Part shown: positions 50,396 through 63,200 of the stretch, piece after piece
How positions within the stretch are numbered: the first letter of the stretch is position 1
Layout of the letters: each line of letters starts with the position of its first letter
Assembly (NCBI RefSeq): GCF_036365525.1
Contig: NC_090408.1
Span: 33,596,269-33,660,268, forward strand
DNA: 64,000 nt
Origin: Heterodontus francisci
Lineage: Eukaryota
Direction: 5' to 3'
Made by a program: the position numbers and the translations under genes
The notes under the pieces: model-generated
The model's input: only the letters and a program-made list of their open reading frames with translations
What the model was told of the DNA's origin: nothing
Database searches by the model: none

Positions 50396-50629
50396 CTGCC
50401 AAAGAAAGAGCAAAAACTGAGAGAGGGAGTAAAACGCCCGACACTTCTGGAGATCTGAAATAAAGCAGGAAATGTGCAGCATGTCTGTCGGCAGTTGCAA
50501 AAAGAATAGACAAGATTAATGTTCTGGTTGGGACTCTCTGTCAGACAACTGCCCAAAATGGTGGGTGTGGGGGTGGCAGGGGGTAGTGTTACAACAAGAG
50601 GTAAAAGGTACAGATGGATATGCTAACCA

Positions 50630-51600
50630 CAACAACAAGCTGCATTTACATAATGCCTTTAATGTAGTAAAATATCCAAAGGTGCTTCACAGGAGCGTTA
50701 ACAAAAAAAAACTTAACACCTAAGGAGATATTAGGGCAGATGACCAAAAGTTTGGTCAAACAGGTAGGTTTTAAGGTGCGTCTTAAAGGAGGAGAGAGGG
50801 GTGGAGAGTTTTAGGGAAAGAATTCCAGCTGAAGGCATGACCACCAATGATGGAGCAAATAAAATAGCAGATGCGCAGGAGACCAGAATTGGAGGAACGC
50901 AGAGATCCTTTAGCTTCGGAGGGGGTTTTCAGAGATGGGGATGGGTGAGGCCATGGAGGGATTTGAAAACAAGGGACAAGAATTTTAAAATCGAGGCATT
51001 GCTCAACCGGGAGCTAAAGTAGGTCAGCGAACAGAGGGGTGGTGGTGAACGGGACATGGTGCGAGTTAGGATATAGGCAGGAAACATACGAATTAGCAGC
51101 AGAAGTAGGCCATTCGGCCCCTCAAGCATGCTCCATTCAATAAGATCATGGCTGATCTGTGTGTTTCGAATTCCACTCACCCATTTACCCCCAATAACCT
51201 TTGATTCCCTTGCCTAACAAGAATCTATCTTCCCCCACCTTAAAAATATTCAATGACTCCGCCTCCACCACCTTCTGAGGTAGAGAGTTCCAAAGTCGTA
51301 CAACCCTCAGAGAAAAAAATTTCTCCTCATCTCTGTCCTAAAAGGACGATCTCTAATTTTAAAACAGTTCCCCCTAGTTCTGGACTCCCCCACAAGAGGA
51401 AACATCCTTTCCACATCCACCTTGTCAAGACCATTCAGGATCTTATAAACTTCAATCAAGTCTCCCCTCACTCATCTAAACTCCAGTGAAAAAAGCCCAG
51501 TCTGTCCAACCTTTCCTCATAAGACAACAACTTTGGATGAGCTAAGTTATGGAGGGCGGAAGACGGGAGGGCAGTAAGGGGTGCATTAGAATACTCAGTC
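50630..51600 (-). mobile_element. L2-type LINE fragment with nested CR1 3' fragment (51085-51530)
   Basis: L2 tail at 50630; CR1 tail agaagtaggccattcggccc and FFSEGCTTLEL-type decayed C-terminus. Confidence 0.75.
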
Positions 51601-51945
51601 CAGAGGTATCAAAATCATGACTGTTTTAAAAGGCCATTAATGGGCTTTATAATCTGCAAATAGGACCAACTGTTCCTTCCTTATGCAAGTCACTATGAGC
51701 CTAGAGTGGAGTTACTGTATATTCATCAGGACCAGTAGCCATGCAGATCAGTTAGCTTAGCACAGACTGGAGATTGGAGATGGGTTGTCATTTGTCTGCA
51801 TGGTCCAATATCACACTGGTTGGTGCTCGAGCCCTTCAGGGAAGCACTGGGAAAACCTTCTAAGTGTAACCAGGGAATAACAATAATGTGACTGTCCCAT
51901 ATACTCCAGTTACTACTGGTTTGGATGAAAAAAAACTCAACTTAC

Positions 51946-52170
51946 TTGTATGGACAGGGAGGTGCATCTGTGTCACTGGAGTTAATTAGTAGATTGTCCT
52001 TTCTTCCTGGGACCAGATAGCCCCACCCATGGCTCTCTGAATAGTGCAGTGGGAATCCATCCCAGGTCAAGCGCATCAGCTTCGGAGTGACCCTCATCTG
52101 GAGGCTAATGAGGCTAGGCCCTGGCAACCATTGCTGATCATTCCACTTCAGACATAGTTTCCGGTACCAT
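51946..52170 (-). CDS. POLG: POLG exon ~10 WYRKLC...[40 protein letters not shown]...CPY
   Basis: tgtag|atggta ... tacaa|gtaagt; 225 nt. Confidence 0.97.
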
Positions 52171-52538
52171 CTACAAGAGCACAGCAAGGAAAATTATTCA
52201 ATGGTTTACGAGTCTCTATCAGCGGTTTCCTATGCCACCTCATGTCTGGGTTTAACAGCTTTATCTTAGCTAACTATACTCCTCAGCCTAAACCTGACCA
52301 AATTCCGTCTTCAATACAACTTTCAATGGCCTCTCATGCTGAGTGGTTGCCTCGGTATGGGTACTTCTGTTGCGTTGCCCATTCTTTGTTGTCATTCTTC
52401 ATGTGTGAGCTGAGAGAAATGAGTGTCAGTAGACATCACAGCCAAGTGACACCTCATCTCCAACCGGGTTCTACACACATGCACTTACAAGCAAGGGTTA
52501 GGTACCCTGGCTCTTTTTGCATCCTCCCTAACCCAGAG

Positions 52539-53639
52539 TGTTATGACCAGGTGGGAAGGTGTCTAGGGGTTCCCTCTCAGCCTTTGCCTGGTTTAACCGT
52601 AACAGAGTTTAATTTTAGTAACACCATGTTTTTAAGCTCCCCCTCAGTGAATCCTTGTTCATTGCTCCAATTGTAAGGCAAAGAAATCAGACAGGTTTCC
52701 TTAGATTTAAACAAGAAAGGTGGAAGTTTATTAATCTTAAACTCCAATCCGGTTAACGACTACGAATATGCGACGCGACCACGCTAGCATTCAAACGCGA
52801 TAAACACACATGCAGATAGAGACAGAAAACGTAGAAAAGAATAAAGGGGAAAAGTTTGATGCAATATCTGGATTATAATTACAGTCCTTTAAGTTCAATG
52901 TGGAGTGTTTAGTTGCCAGTAATTCCTGCAATTCGTTGGGGCCCAGTGCACACTTCAACTTGTTTCGATGTCGTAGTCTTTTCTCTCAAGGTTTGTGTGT
53001 CTTCTGTGGGTCCGGTGGCTTGGGAGAAAGCGGCACAGAGACAGGAGAGAGAGGCTTCTTTGTTCCAGCTTCAGTTGCAAACTCACTTCTATTCCTTTCT
53101 GTGTGGCACAATTCAACACCAAGTTGGAAAGCAGGTCAGTCATGTGACTACCTGAAGTGGTGGTAGAGGCAGGAACCCTCACAACATTTAAGAAGTATTT
53201 AGATGTGCACCTGAAACACCATAGCATACAAGGCTACAGGCCAAGTGCTGGAAAATAGGATTAGAATAGATAAGTGCTTGCTGGCCGGCACAGACACAAT
53301 GGGCCGAAGGGTCTGTTTCTGTGCTGTAACACTCTATGACTCTATGACTAACTGGCTTAACCACTCCTGCACTTGTGGATTGTATCATCTTAGCAGTCCC
53401 TGGAATGCGCTTCCTTACACCTTCAATGTCTGGTGATCAAAATCAATTTGGGTTAATTGGATCAAGGAATAGTGCTTTGTCTCCAATAGCACCGTCTCTT
53501 AGTATACAAATGTCCTTCCAGACAAGTGTCTGGTGATCTTCAAACAAGTCATTTCTTCACTCCAGCAACAATTTAAAATCGATGGTCATATGACGAAATT
53601 AATATGCCTCATTCTTGGCAGGTGGGGGTCTTCATGACA
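52539..53639 (-). mobile_element. Solo LTR (family A, copy 3) with nested CR1 fragment 53151-53344
   Basis: TGTTATGAC...CATGACA; homologous to 7639-8619; CR1 insert flanked by tgacta duplication. Confidence 0.85.
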
Positions 53640-53812
53640 AAGACATTGTCACCAATTACAGCACTTCTACATCCATAATGCCCGAGATCAGCTAACTCAA
53701 AACAGACTGGGGATTGAACCTGTCATCTCCCTAATTATTATAGCTTATAACCACACTGTGCTCAATTGCTTCATCAAAGGCTCAAGGTTATTTCTGAACA
53801 TAGCCTACTCAC

Positions 53813-53942
53813 CCTGGATGGCCTGGTAGGTGCTGTCTTCTCTTTGGAAGAAGACTGACTGTCTGATGCAGATTATCCAGGAGGGCTCTACTCTTGGCAG
53901 TCTTCATCTCCTCCTCCTCTTCTTCTGAGGGAGGCCCTGGAT
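53813..53942 (-). CDS. POLG: POLG exon ~9 [14 protein letters not shown]...[14 protein letters not shown]
   Basis: tatag|atccag ... ccagg|gtgagt; 130 nt. Confidence 0.95.
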
Positions 53943-54040
53943 CTATAAGAATATAACTACAGCATCAGAAGTGAGACCTCAGATATAAACTGACAATGAA
54001 GAGTAGGAGCATGAGCAGACAGCAAGAAAGAACAAACGCA

Positions 54041-57000
54041 TTTTTTTTATTCATTCATGGGATGTAGGTGTCACTGGCAAGGTCAGCATTTGTTGCCCGT
54101 TCCAAATTGCCCTTGAGAAGGTAGTGGTGAGCTGCCTTTTTGAACCGATGCAGTTCATGTAGTGTAGGTACACCCACAGTGCTGTTAGGGAGGGAGGGAG
54201 CTCAAGGTTCTTGATCCAGCAACAGTGAAGGAACAGTGATATAGTTCCAAGTCAGGATGGTGTGTGGCTTAGAGGGGAACTTGCAGTTGGCAGTGTTTCC
54301 ATGCATCTGCTGCCCTTGTCCTTCTAGGTGGTAGAGGTTGCAGGTTTGGAAGGTGTTGTTGAAGCCTCGGCAAGTTGCCGTAGTGCATCTTGTATACAGT
54401 ACACTGCTGCCATTGTGTGCTGGTGGTAGAGGGAGTGAATGTTTAAGGTGGTGGATGAGGTGCCGATTAAATTGGCTGCTTTGTCCTGGATGGTTTTAAG
54501 CTTCTTGAGTGTTTGTGGAGCTGCACTTATCCAGGCATGGAGAGTATTCCATCACACTCCTGACTTGTAGATAGTGGATAGGCTTTGGGGAGTCAGGAGG
54601 TGAGTGACTTGCCGCAGAATTCCCAGTCTCTGACCGGCTCTTGTAGCCACAGTATTTATGTGGCTGGTCCGCATCATTTTCTGGTTGATGGTAAGCCCCA
54701 GAACGTTGATAGTGGTGGTGGGATTCAGCGATGGTAATTCCACTGAACATCAAAGGGAGATGGTTATATTCTCTCTTGTTGGAGATGGTCATTGCCTGGC
54801 ACTTGTGTAGTGCAAATGTAACTTGACACTTATCAGCCCTAGCCAGAATGTTGTCCAGCTCTTGCTGCATGCAGACATAGGCTGTTTCAGTATCTGAGGA
54901 GTCTTGAATGGTACCGAACACTGTGCAATCATCAGTGAACATACCCTTATGATGCAAGGAAGGTCATTAATAAAGCATCTGAAGATGGTTGGTCCAAGGA
55001 CATTACCCGGAGAAACGCCTGCAGCAATGTCCTGGGCTGAGATGATTGGCCTCCAACAACCACAACTATCTTCCTTTGTGCTAGGTATAACTCCAACCAG
55101 TGGAGAGTTTTCCCCAAATCCCAGTGATTTCAATTTTGCTAGAGCTTCTTGATGCCATACTTGGTTAAATGCTGCCTTGATGTCAAGGGCAGTCACTCTC
55201 AAATCACCTCTGGAATTCAGCTCTCTTGTTCATGGTTGGACAAAGGCTGAAATGAGGTCGACTGAGCATCGACGAGCAGGTTATTGCTAAGTGAGTGCTG
55301 CTTGACAACAATGTCAATGACACATTCCATCACTTTGCTGATGATTGAGTGTAGACTGATGGGGCAGTAATTGGTCAGATTGGATTTGTCCTGCTTTTTG
55401 TAGATAGGGCATACTTGGGCAATTTTCCACATCGTCAGGTAGGTGCCAGTGTTGTAGCTGTACTGGAACAGCTATGCTGCACAAGAATTCAGTACTCGAG
55501 CCAGGAAGTTGTCAGGGCCCATAGCCTTTGCTGCAACCAATGCCTTCAGCCAATTCTTAATATTTTGTGCAGTGAACTGAATTGGCTCAAGACTGGCATC
55601 TGTGATGCTGGGGACCTCAGGGTGTGGCCGAGATGGATCATCAACTCAACACTTCTGGGCTACCGATTGTTGCAAATGCTTCAGCCTTGTCTTTTGCACT
55701 GACCTGCTGGGCTCCCCCATCATTGAGGATGGGGATGTTTGTAGAACCTCCTTCTCCAGTTAGTTGTTTAATTGTCCACCACCATTCACGACTGGACGTG
55801 GCAAGACTGCAGAGCTTTAATCAATCCTTTGGTTGTGGGATTGCCTAGCTCTGTTTATTGCATGCTGCTTCCATTGTTTAGCATGCATGTCGTCCTGTAT
55901 TGCAGCTTCACCAGGTTGTCACCTCAGTTTTAGGTGTGCCTGGGGCTGCTCCTGACATGCTCTCCTCCCCTCCTCATTGAATCAGGGGTTAGTCCCCCAG
56001 CTTGATGGTAACAGTAGAATGGGGGATATGCCAAGCCATAAGGTTATAGATTGTGTTTAACAGAATTCTGCTGCTGCTGGTGGCTCACAGCATCTCATGG
56101 ATGCCCAGTTTTGAGCTGCTAGATCTGTTTGGAATCTATCCCATTTAGCACAGTGGTAGTGCCACACAACTTGATGGAGGGTATCCTCAGTGTGAAGATG
56201 GACTTTGTCTCCACAAGGACTGGCAGTGGTCATTCTTACCAATACTGTCATGGACTGATGCATATGCAGTGAGGGCGAGCTCAAATAGGTTTTTCCCTCT
56301 CATTGGTTCTCTTACCATCAGACGCAGGCCCAGTCTGGCAGATATGTCCTTCAGGACTCCGTCAGCTTGGTCAGTAGTGGTGCTACTGAGACACTTTTGG
56401 TGATGGACATTCAAGTCCCCCATCCAGAGTACATTCTGTGCCCTTGCCACCCTCAGTGCTTCCTCCAAGTGGTGTTCAACATGGAGGAGTACTGATTCAT
56501 CAGCTAAAGGAGGGCAGTAGGTGGTAATCAGCAGGAGGTTTCCTTGCCCATGTTTGGCTTGATGCCATGAGACTTCATGGGATCGAGAGTCAATGTTGAG
56601 AATTCCCAGTGCAACACCCTCCCAGCTGTATACCACTGTGCCGCCACCTTTGGTGGGTCTGTCATAGAGTAATTTACAGCACAGAAGGAGGCCATTCATC
56701 CCATCATGTTCATGCCAGCTTTCCACAGAGTTATCCTGTCAGTCCCACTCCCCTGCCCTGCCGGTGGGACAGGCCATACCCAGGGGTGGTGATGGCAGGG
56801 TCTGGCACATTGACTGTAAGGTATGATTCAGTGAGTACGACTACGTCAGGCTGTTGCTTGACTAGCCTGTGGGACATCCCTTCCAATTTTGGCATGTTCG
56901 TGAGGAGAACTTTGCAAGGTCGACAGGGCAGGGTGTGCCTTTGTAATTTCCGGTGCCTCGATTGATGCCAGGTGGTCCATCAAGTTTTATTCTTTCTTGA

Positions 57001-57050
57001 CTTTTCTGTAGCAGTTTGACAGAACTGAGTGGCTTGCTCGGCCATTTAGC
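54041..57050 (-). mobile_element. ~3-kb CR1/L2-group LINE (APE endonuclease + RT), decayed; small CR1 tail inserted at ~56664-56755
   Basis: DRPTKGGG...GDLNVHH (APE); WKIAQVCPIYKK...PISL, ALDIKAAFNQVWH, VLGPTIF..FINDLP, FTDD (RT); tail cccatgaatgaataaaa. Confidence 0.9.
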
Positions 57051-57061
57051 GTCTTTTACAA

Positions 57062-57365
57062 CTTCAACCAATCAGGTACTTTTGAAGTGTAGTTACTGTT
57101 GAAGTGAAGGGAAATGTGCTAGCAAATTTATGCACTGCAAGATTCCATAGACAGCAATGGGATAATGATGAGAATATTTGTTTTAGTGATTTTGGTTGAG
57201 GGATAAACATTGGCAAAGACCCTGGGAGAAATCCCCTGCTCTTCTTCAAATAGCACCATAGGATCTATTACATCCACCGGAGGGGGCAGACTGCGCCTTT
57301 GTTTGACATCTTAGCTGAAAGACAGCACCTCTGACAGTGTGCTCAAGTTGCTGGAGTGATACTTA

Positions 57366-57403
<38 letters not shown>

Positions 57404-57418
57404 ACTATGCCAAGACTG
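57062..57418 (-). mobile_element. DeuSINE (SacSINE1/AmnSINE1-related)
   Basis: tRNA head (agtggtagcactcttgcctctgagtcagaagg) plus Deu domain (gaagaagagcagggg...ttgccaatgtttatccctcaacc). Confidence 0.75.
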
Positions 57419-58483
57419 GCACTTCAAACAACGTAACACATGGGGATTGGGTAACAAGGATCTAAGCCAGAACAGATCAGCGTACTTTCTTTTTACCACA
57501 TCCACCAGTCACTGAGCAACACAAGTGGAGATGCACAGTAACAAACAGAGAAATACAGAACCTATGGATGAACAAATCCTCCCTGGCATCAGTTGAAGAC
57601 ATATACTGAATACTGTTAAAGCAGTTCTATATTCAAATAAATCATTCCATGATTCAACATTAATAACTTGTATTTATATTGTGCCTTTAACATAGTAAGA
57701 CGCTCCAAAGAGCTTCACAGGAGTATAATCGGACGAAGACTGAATCTGAGCTTAAGGAGATATTAGAACAGGTGATTAAAAGCTCGATTCTTAATTTATG
57801 CTGTCACCCTGGTGAAAGACCAAGGCCCATGCGGCAACAGAGAAGATGAGATAATAGTGGTTAGGAGACTCCAAGCTTGGGTTTTAAAAGTCTTTAGATT
57901 ACAGGAGAACTTGAATATTCTGAAAGGTAAGGATACGCAGTTTTGTGATCCCAGGAAAGAGTCAGAGTAGGAGATGGTGTGATGTGTCTTCATTTCAACA
58001 CAGTGGGGGATGCAGGGTAGAGAAAAAGTGCACAATGGTGAATTCGAAGCTTAGGAGGAAGACTTGTTGAAGTGTTTTATGCTTTAAAGTGGTGATTAGT
58101 GAAGGCTTATGATTGCAAATTAGAAGACAACACTCCAAATATGGCATCATGAAGTTTGCTGCAGTGACATCATGGATGTGGCAGTGGCCTCCAGTCATAA
58201 TGCCGCAGGAGCAAAACTTTAATTTTGCACTGGAATGCTGACAAAGCCGTCAGGACAGCCTCATTTTGTATGAGCTTTCCAAGCAGACGCAAAGGTTAAG
58301 CAGATGAAACCCTCCTCACTCAATCACTATCTGACCCTCCTCAAATAGCATCATCGAGGTGCACTCTACACTGAATAAACACTTCGCATCCAGAGCTTCT
58401 AAAGCCTAGTTTAACAGGTATGTTAAGGTAACAGGCAAGAAACATTACATGAATGCAAATAGTAACTTCCAGAATGATCTAAC

Positions 58484-58626
58484 CTTCCTCAAAATCTGTT
58501 GTTGAGCTGTAATTTGCAACTTCACTGGAGCTGAGCAATCCTTTTTTCTTTTTCTTTGTGTTCTTCTTCTGTTTAAACTGCTGGGTGTCCCATTCAAGGT
58601 CCCACAACCAGGGGTCATCTTTGTAC
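58484..58626 (-). CDS. POLG: POLG exon ~8 [21 protein letters not shown]...TDFEE
   Basis: ttcag|gtacaa ... gaag|gttaga; 143 nt. Confidence 0.93.
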
Positions 58627-59202
58627 CTGAAAATCAGGGAGACATAGAATAGGTGCATAAAGATTGCAACACTTGTCTCACCTGTCAGCCATACAACCAC
58701 AGCAACAACAGAAGACCAGCTAGCATTGTCTGTCAACAGGGGTCTCAGTCTGACAAATTTTGCACTCTTTGGCCCCCAAAGTGAAATGCACATCACTACT
58801 TCCTGATGAGTCAACGATCAGTCCAATTCTTCTTTGAATGCCTGCAAAACTATAGCTATTTCAGTGTTTACTACATTTGGAAGCCTCTCTCACTAGTTAA
58901 CAAATGTAAATGAAATGCAGAAAAGCAAAGATGATAATTCATACTGTATGCAGAGTTAGAAGGTTGTGGGTCAAGCTCCACGCAACATCTCAAAGCATGT
59001 CACACAATGAATGACTTTGAAGTGCAGTGATTGTTGTTATATAGCCAAGTGTCAATAGTGTAACAGTACAGTCCCAGGTTGCTGTATGACCAGTTCATCT
59101 GTCTGGCTGCACTAATTGAGGGAGAAGGGTTGGCCAAGAGATGGGGAAAGCTCTCTTCGAGGCTCCTCTTTAAATAGTACCCTGGGATCCTCATATTCAC
59201 CT

Positions 59203-60077
59203 TGTCATGCCAGGCCCCCACCTACCAAGAATGAGGCACATTAATTTTGTCATGCACATTGATTTTAAACTGTTGCTGGAGCGAGGAAACGATTTGCTAA
59301 ACAGATCAGCCATGGCTGGAAAAGACATTTGCATATTAACAGACAGTGCTTGGAAGGACAAAGGACCATTCCCTGACACATTCAACCCACAATGGGCCTT
59401 GATCACCAGGTATTGTGTGTAAGAGGAGCATTCCAGAGACTAAGGTGATAAAATCCAGGACTGGTTAGACCAGCTGGTCACATGACTAACTGGCAGTTCC
59501 AGGGTCTTTTGAACTAACCACAGAGAGTTTGAACTCAGAAAGACTGTTTGCTCCTGGATTGAGGTCTCTCCTGTCTGCTCCCATCTCTTTCTCACGGAAC
59601 TCCAAATCCATTGAAGACACATGAACCCCAAGAAAGAAAAGTATCCTACAGCGAACAAGGTTTAAGAAGAATACTGGGCCCCAATGAAAAGCAAGATCTA
59701 CCTACAATCAAGGACTCTACAGTGAGCTCGAAGAACTGTAACAACAACTCTTCAGATATTGCCTCAAACCTTTCCACTTTATTTTTCTTCTCTTTTCTGT
59801 CTCTATCTGCATGTGTGTATTGCGTATGCATGGTCGGGTGGGCGCCTCATGTATCCATAGGCATTAACCGAATTAGAGTTGAAGTTCAATAAATTTTAAC
59901 ATTTCTTCTTTAAACCTGTTTCTGCTGGTTTCTTTGCCTTATAATTGGAAAGCGGTGAACACGGATTCACCAAGATGGAGCTAAAAACACGGTATGTTTA
60001 AAATTAAACCCTGTTACAGAAAGACCAGGTGAAGGCTAAGAGGGACCCCTAGACACCTTTCTCACCTGGTCGTAACA
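59203..60077 (+). mobile_element. Solo LTR (family A, copy 2) inserted in a DeuSINE (~58995-59202 + 60078-60190)
   Basis: TGTCATG...TAACA; acct/atct 4-bp TSD; AATAAA 59888-59893; host SINE is contiguous across the insertion. Confidence 0.87.
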
Positions 60078-60246
60078 ATCTGAACAGGCAAACAGAGCCT
60101 CTGTTTCACATCTCATCTGAAGAGTGACACCTCCAATAATGGAGCATTGCCTCCGTAATGCACTGAAGTGTCAGCCTAGATTATGTGACCCAGTTTATTG
60201 GTGGAGTTCTGGTACATAATTTTTAGTAATAAAGTAAATAACAGAC

Positions 60247-60429
60247 CTTTCATCGTAGAGCAGCTGGCAGGCATCATTGGCCAGGTTCATGAGAGACTGC
60301 TTCATCTCCCGTTGCAGCTCTTCATATGTCCCCTGTGCCTCATCCTGGTATCGCTTCCAGTTGTGGTTTACGGGAAGGTAACACTGCCCCATCTCCAGCA
60401 TGCCAGCAAACGTTACCGGGTGAGGGCAC
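60247..60429 (-). CDS. POLG: POLG exon ~7 [14 protein letters not shown]...[13 protein letters not shown]
   Basis: attag|gtgccc ... gaaag|gtctgt; 183 nt. Confidence 0.97.
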
Positions 60430-61326
60430 CTAATCAGGAAGGAGAAGCCACAGTTAGTGCTCTGTGTGGCACACAGCAAATCCCTTGCCTAGTGAGGAAA
60501 CAGCCCCCTCCACTATAGAACTCTAGTGAGTAACATCCGAAGCTATGGATCATGTTGTTTACGCATTAAATGGATTGAAAGGGAAAAATCCTGGAACAGG
60601 GATAAAGATATTCACCTCAATGCATAGTAAGTCTACTGAACAAGGGAAGAGCAGCCAATTCATCTGAATGGAAAGGCATGTAGGAGACAGACAGCACCTG
60701 GACCAGATAGTAATGTCTGAGGTAAACAGGCCTCTCTTTTCAGATTCAGCAGGCTGCATCTCATAAGTCTGTGATATTTTCCACACAACCGTCTGACGGG
60801 TTCCATGCTCCAGATTCCAGCTGCCCACCCCCTCTCCCAAACCCCCATCCAAATGTGATCTGTGACAGGAAATGTTGGCAGTTTATTCAACAATTGGGGT
60901 GTGGGGGGGCGGGGGGGGTGCAGTGTGGGGAGGTAATCACTGCCAAACATTTATCATCCAAACACATGCACTTTCCACTGGGGAGTCCCTGGATAGTGTT
61001 TGGGAGCAGGAATTCTGAACAATATTTCCCTTCTAAGCTCAGCGACATACGGCTAACTGAACAGCTCTAACAAAACCCTAGTAAAATCAGCTAGCATCGG
61101 CTGGGGATTGAGTCTAGGACCTTTTGGTCTGCGCGTGTGGCTCAGCCTCGCATTAGGCGGTACCTTTAGTGATCTTTTTAGTATCAGTGCTGTTCAACTG
61201 TTTCAGCAGCTTTTAGATCGGGAGGTAGGGTGACACAGTTACTATTGCCCTGTGACTGGCCTACTCTGGCCGACAGTCAAAAAGGGAAACAAGGATGAGA
61301 TCAGTCGTTCAGAAAAGACAACTCAC

Positions 61327-61406
61327 CTTTCTAAAAAGAGTGGAAGTTCCTCACAAAATACCTCATAAGTAGCCTTCACATCAAGCGCGCAGTATCGCAT
61401 CAGCTC
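61327..61406 (-). CDS. POLG: POLG exon ~6 ELMRYCALDVKATYEVFCEELPLFLER (ExoIII)
   Basis: acag|gagctg ... gaaag|gtgagt; 80 nt. Confidence 0.95.
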
Positions 61407-61649
61407 CTGTCACCAGTGGAATAAAAGAACAAATCGCATTGGTCTATTAAACACATAAAAATAAAGCAACTCTTATAAAAGATAAATTGTCTGCCTGTGT
61501 TTTTTTTCTGGACACTTCCCACTGGAACTTTCTGTTCTGGACAGCTTGCTTCAGCTGAGAACGCGGGTCACTCAAGCTAGGGATTCATCCAAAGGTAAAA
61601 ACAGATTAAAATTTATAAAATCGTTTGACACATCTCAGACAAAGTACTC

Positions 61650-62025
61650 CAATTAATTATCTTGAAGTACAGTGACTTTTGTTATGCAGGCAGATGTGAC
61701 AGCAATGTTGCACATAGCAATCATCCACAAACAGCAAAAAGATGATTTCCCAGAGAATTTGTTGATTGAGGAAGGAACATTGGCCAAAATACTGACAGAA
61801 CTCCATGCACCTAATGCCAAGAGATCATTAACATGTATCTGAGCAGGCAAAGAAGGCCTCAGTTTGACATCCCATCCAAAGGGCAATAGCTCAGACAATG
61901 CAACACTCCCTCTGCACTGCAATAAAGTGTCATCCTAGATTATGTGCTCCAGTCCAGGAGCGGGAGTGCCAACCCACAACACCTTTGGACTCAGAAGAGG
62001 ATGCCACTTACTGAGCCAAGCTAAC
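61650..62025 (-). mobile_element. DeuSINE (SacSINE1/AmnSINE1-related)
   Basis: ggctcagtaagtggc head, gcacataatctagg...tgcagtgcagagggagtgttgc Deu core. Confidence 0.75.
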
Positions 62026-62422
62026 AAGGCAGAAGTCACAATGCTCTGTGATTGGCTACAGTTTTCCTAGGCAACCCTGGAACTCAAAGCCTTTCTAAAG
62101 ACAAGCTCTTGGAAAGCACAATCAGCAGGGAATACACCACCTGGCCAGAGGACAATGGGTTTATGGTACAAGATATCCATCCCTCAATTTTACCCAATTA
62201 CTGTGGGAAGGAGTTCCTGTTGGTTCTCAGGCCAGTATGTTATATGCAGTGCCTCACTACGGCGAGGATATCTGTCCTTTGGGATTGGGTATGGTGGAAG
62301 GAGAAAATCTGATGACTACAGGTGCCCTGCCGTCAAATGGCCACAAAGCAGCATTCACAACCCATGGCGGGTATATAGACATCAGTGTCACAGCCCTTCC
62401 CACAGAATGTCCAGCCAATGCA

Positions 62423-63200
62423 TTTTGGGAGGACTCACAAGGCAAGATAATATACAGTGGATGGTGGGACCCTAGGAAGTACAGAAGGTCAGAGGGATCT
62501 TGGTGTACTTGGCCATAGATCACTGAAGGCAGCAGCACAGGTAGATAAGGTGGTTAGGAAGGCATATGGGATACTTGCCTTTTATTAGCCGAGGCATTGA
62601 ATATAAGAGCAGGGAGGTTATGATGGAGCTGTATAAAATGCTAGTTAAGCCACAGCTGGAGTACTGTGTACAGTTCTGGGCACCACACTATAGGAAGGAT
62701 GTGATTGCACTGGAGAGGGTGCAGAGGAGATTCACCAGGATGTTGCCTGGGCTGGAGCATTTCAGCTATGAAGAGAGACTGAAAAGGCTAGGGTTGTTTT
62801 CCTTAGAACAGAGAAGGCTGAGGGGAGACATGACTGAGTTATATAAAATTATGAGGGGCATTGATAGGTTAGATAGGAAGAAACTTTTTCCCTTGGCGGA
62901 GGGGTCAATAACTAGGGGGCATAGATTTAAGGTAATGGGCAGGAGGTTTAGAGGGGATTTGAGGAAAAAAATTTTCACCCAGAGGGTGGTTGGAATCTGG
63001 AACACACTGCCTGAAGAGGTGGTAGAGGCAGGAACCCTCACAACTTTTAAGAAGTATTTAGATGAGCACTTGAAATGCCATAGCATACAAGGCTACGGGC
63101 CAAGTGCTGGAAGATGGGATTAGAATAGATAGGTGCTTGATGGCCGGCATGGACACGATGGGCAGAAGGGCCTATTTCTGTGCTGTATAACTCTAGGACT
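62423..63200 (+). mobile_element. Young CR1 3' fragment with 7-bp TSD
   Basis: ORF 62566-63123 (LVKPQLEYCVQFW...); caatgca duplicated at 62416-62422 and 63201-63207. Confidence 0.93.
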
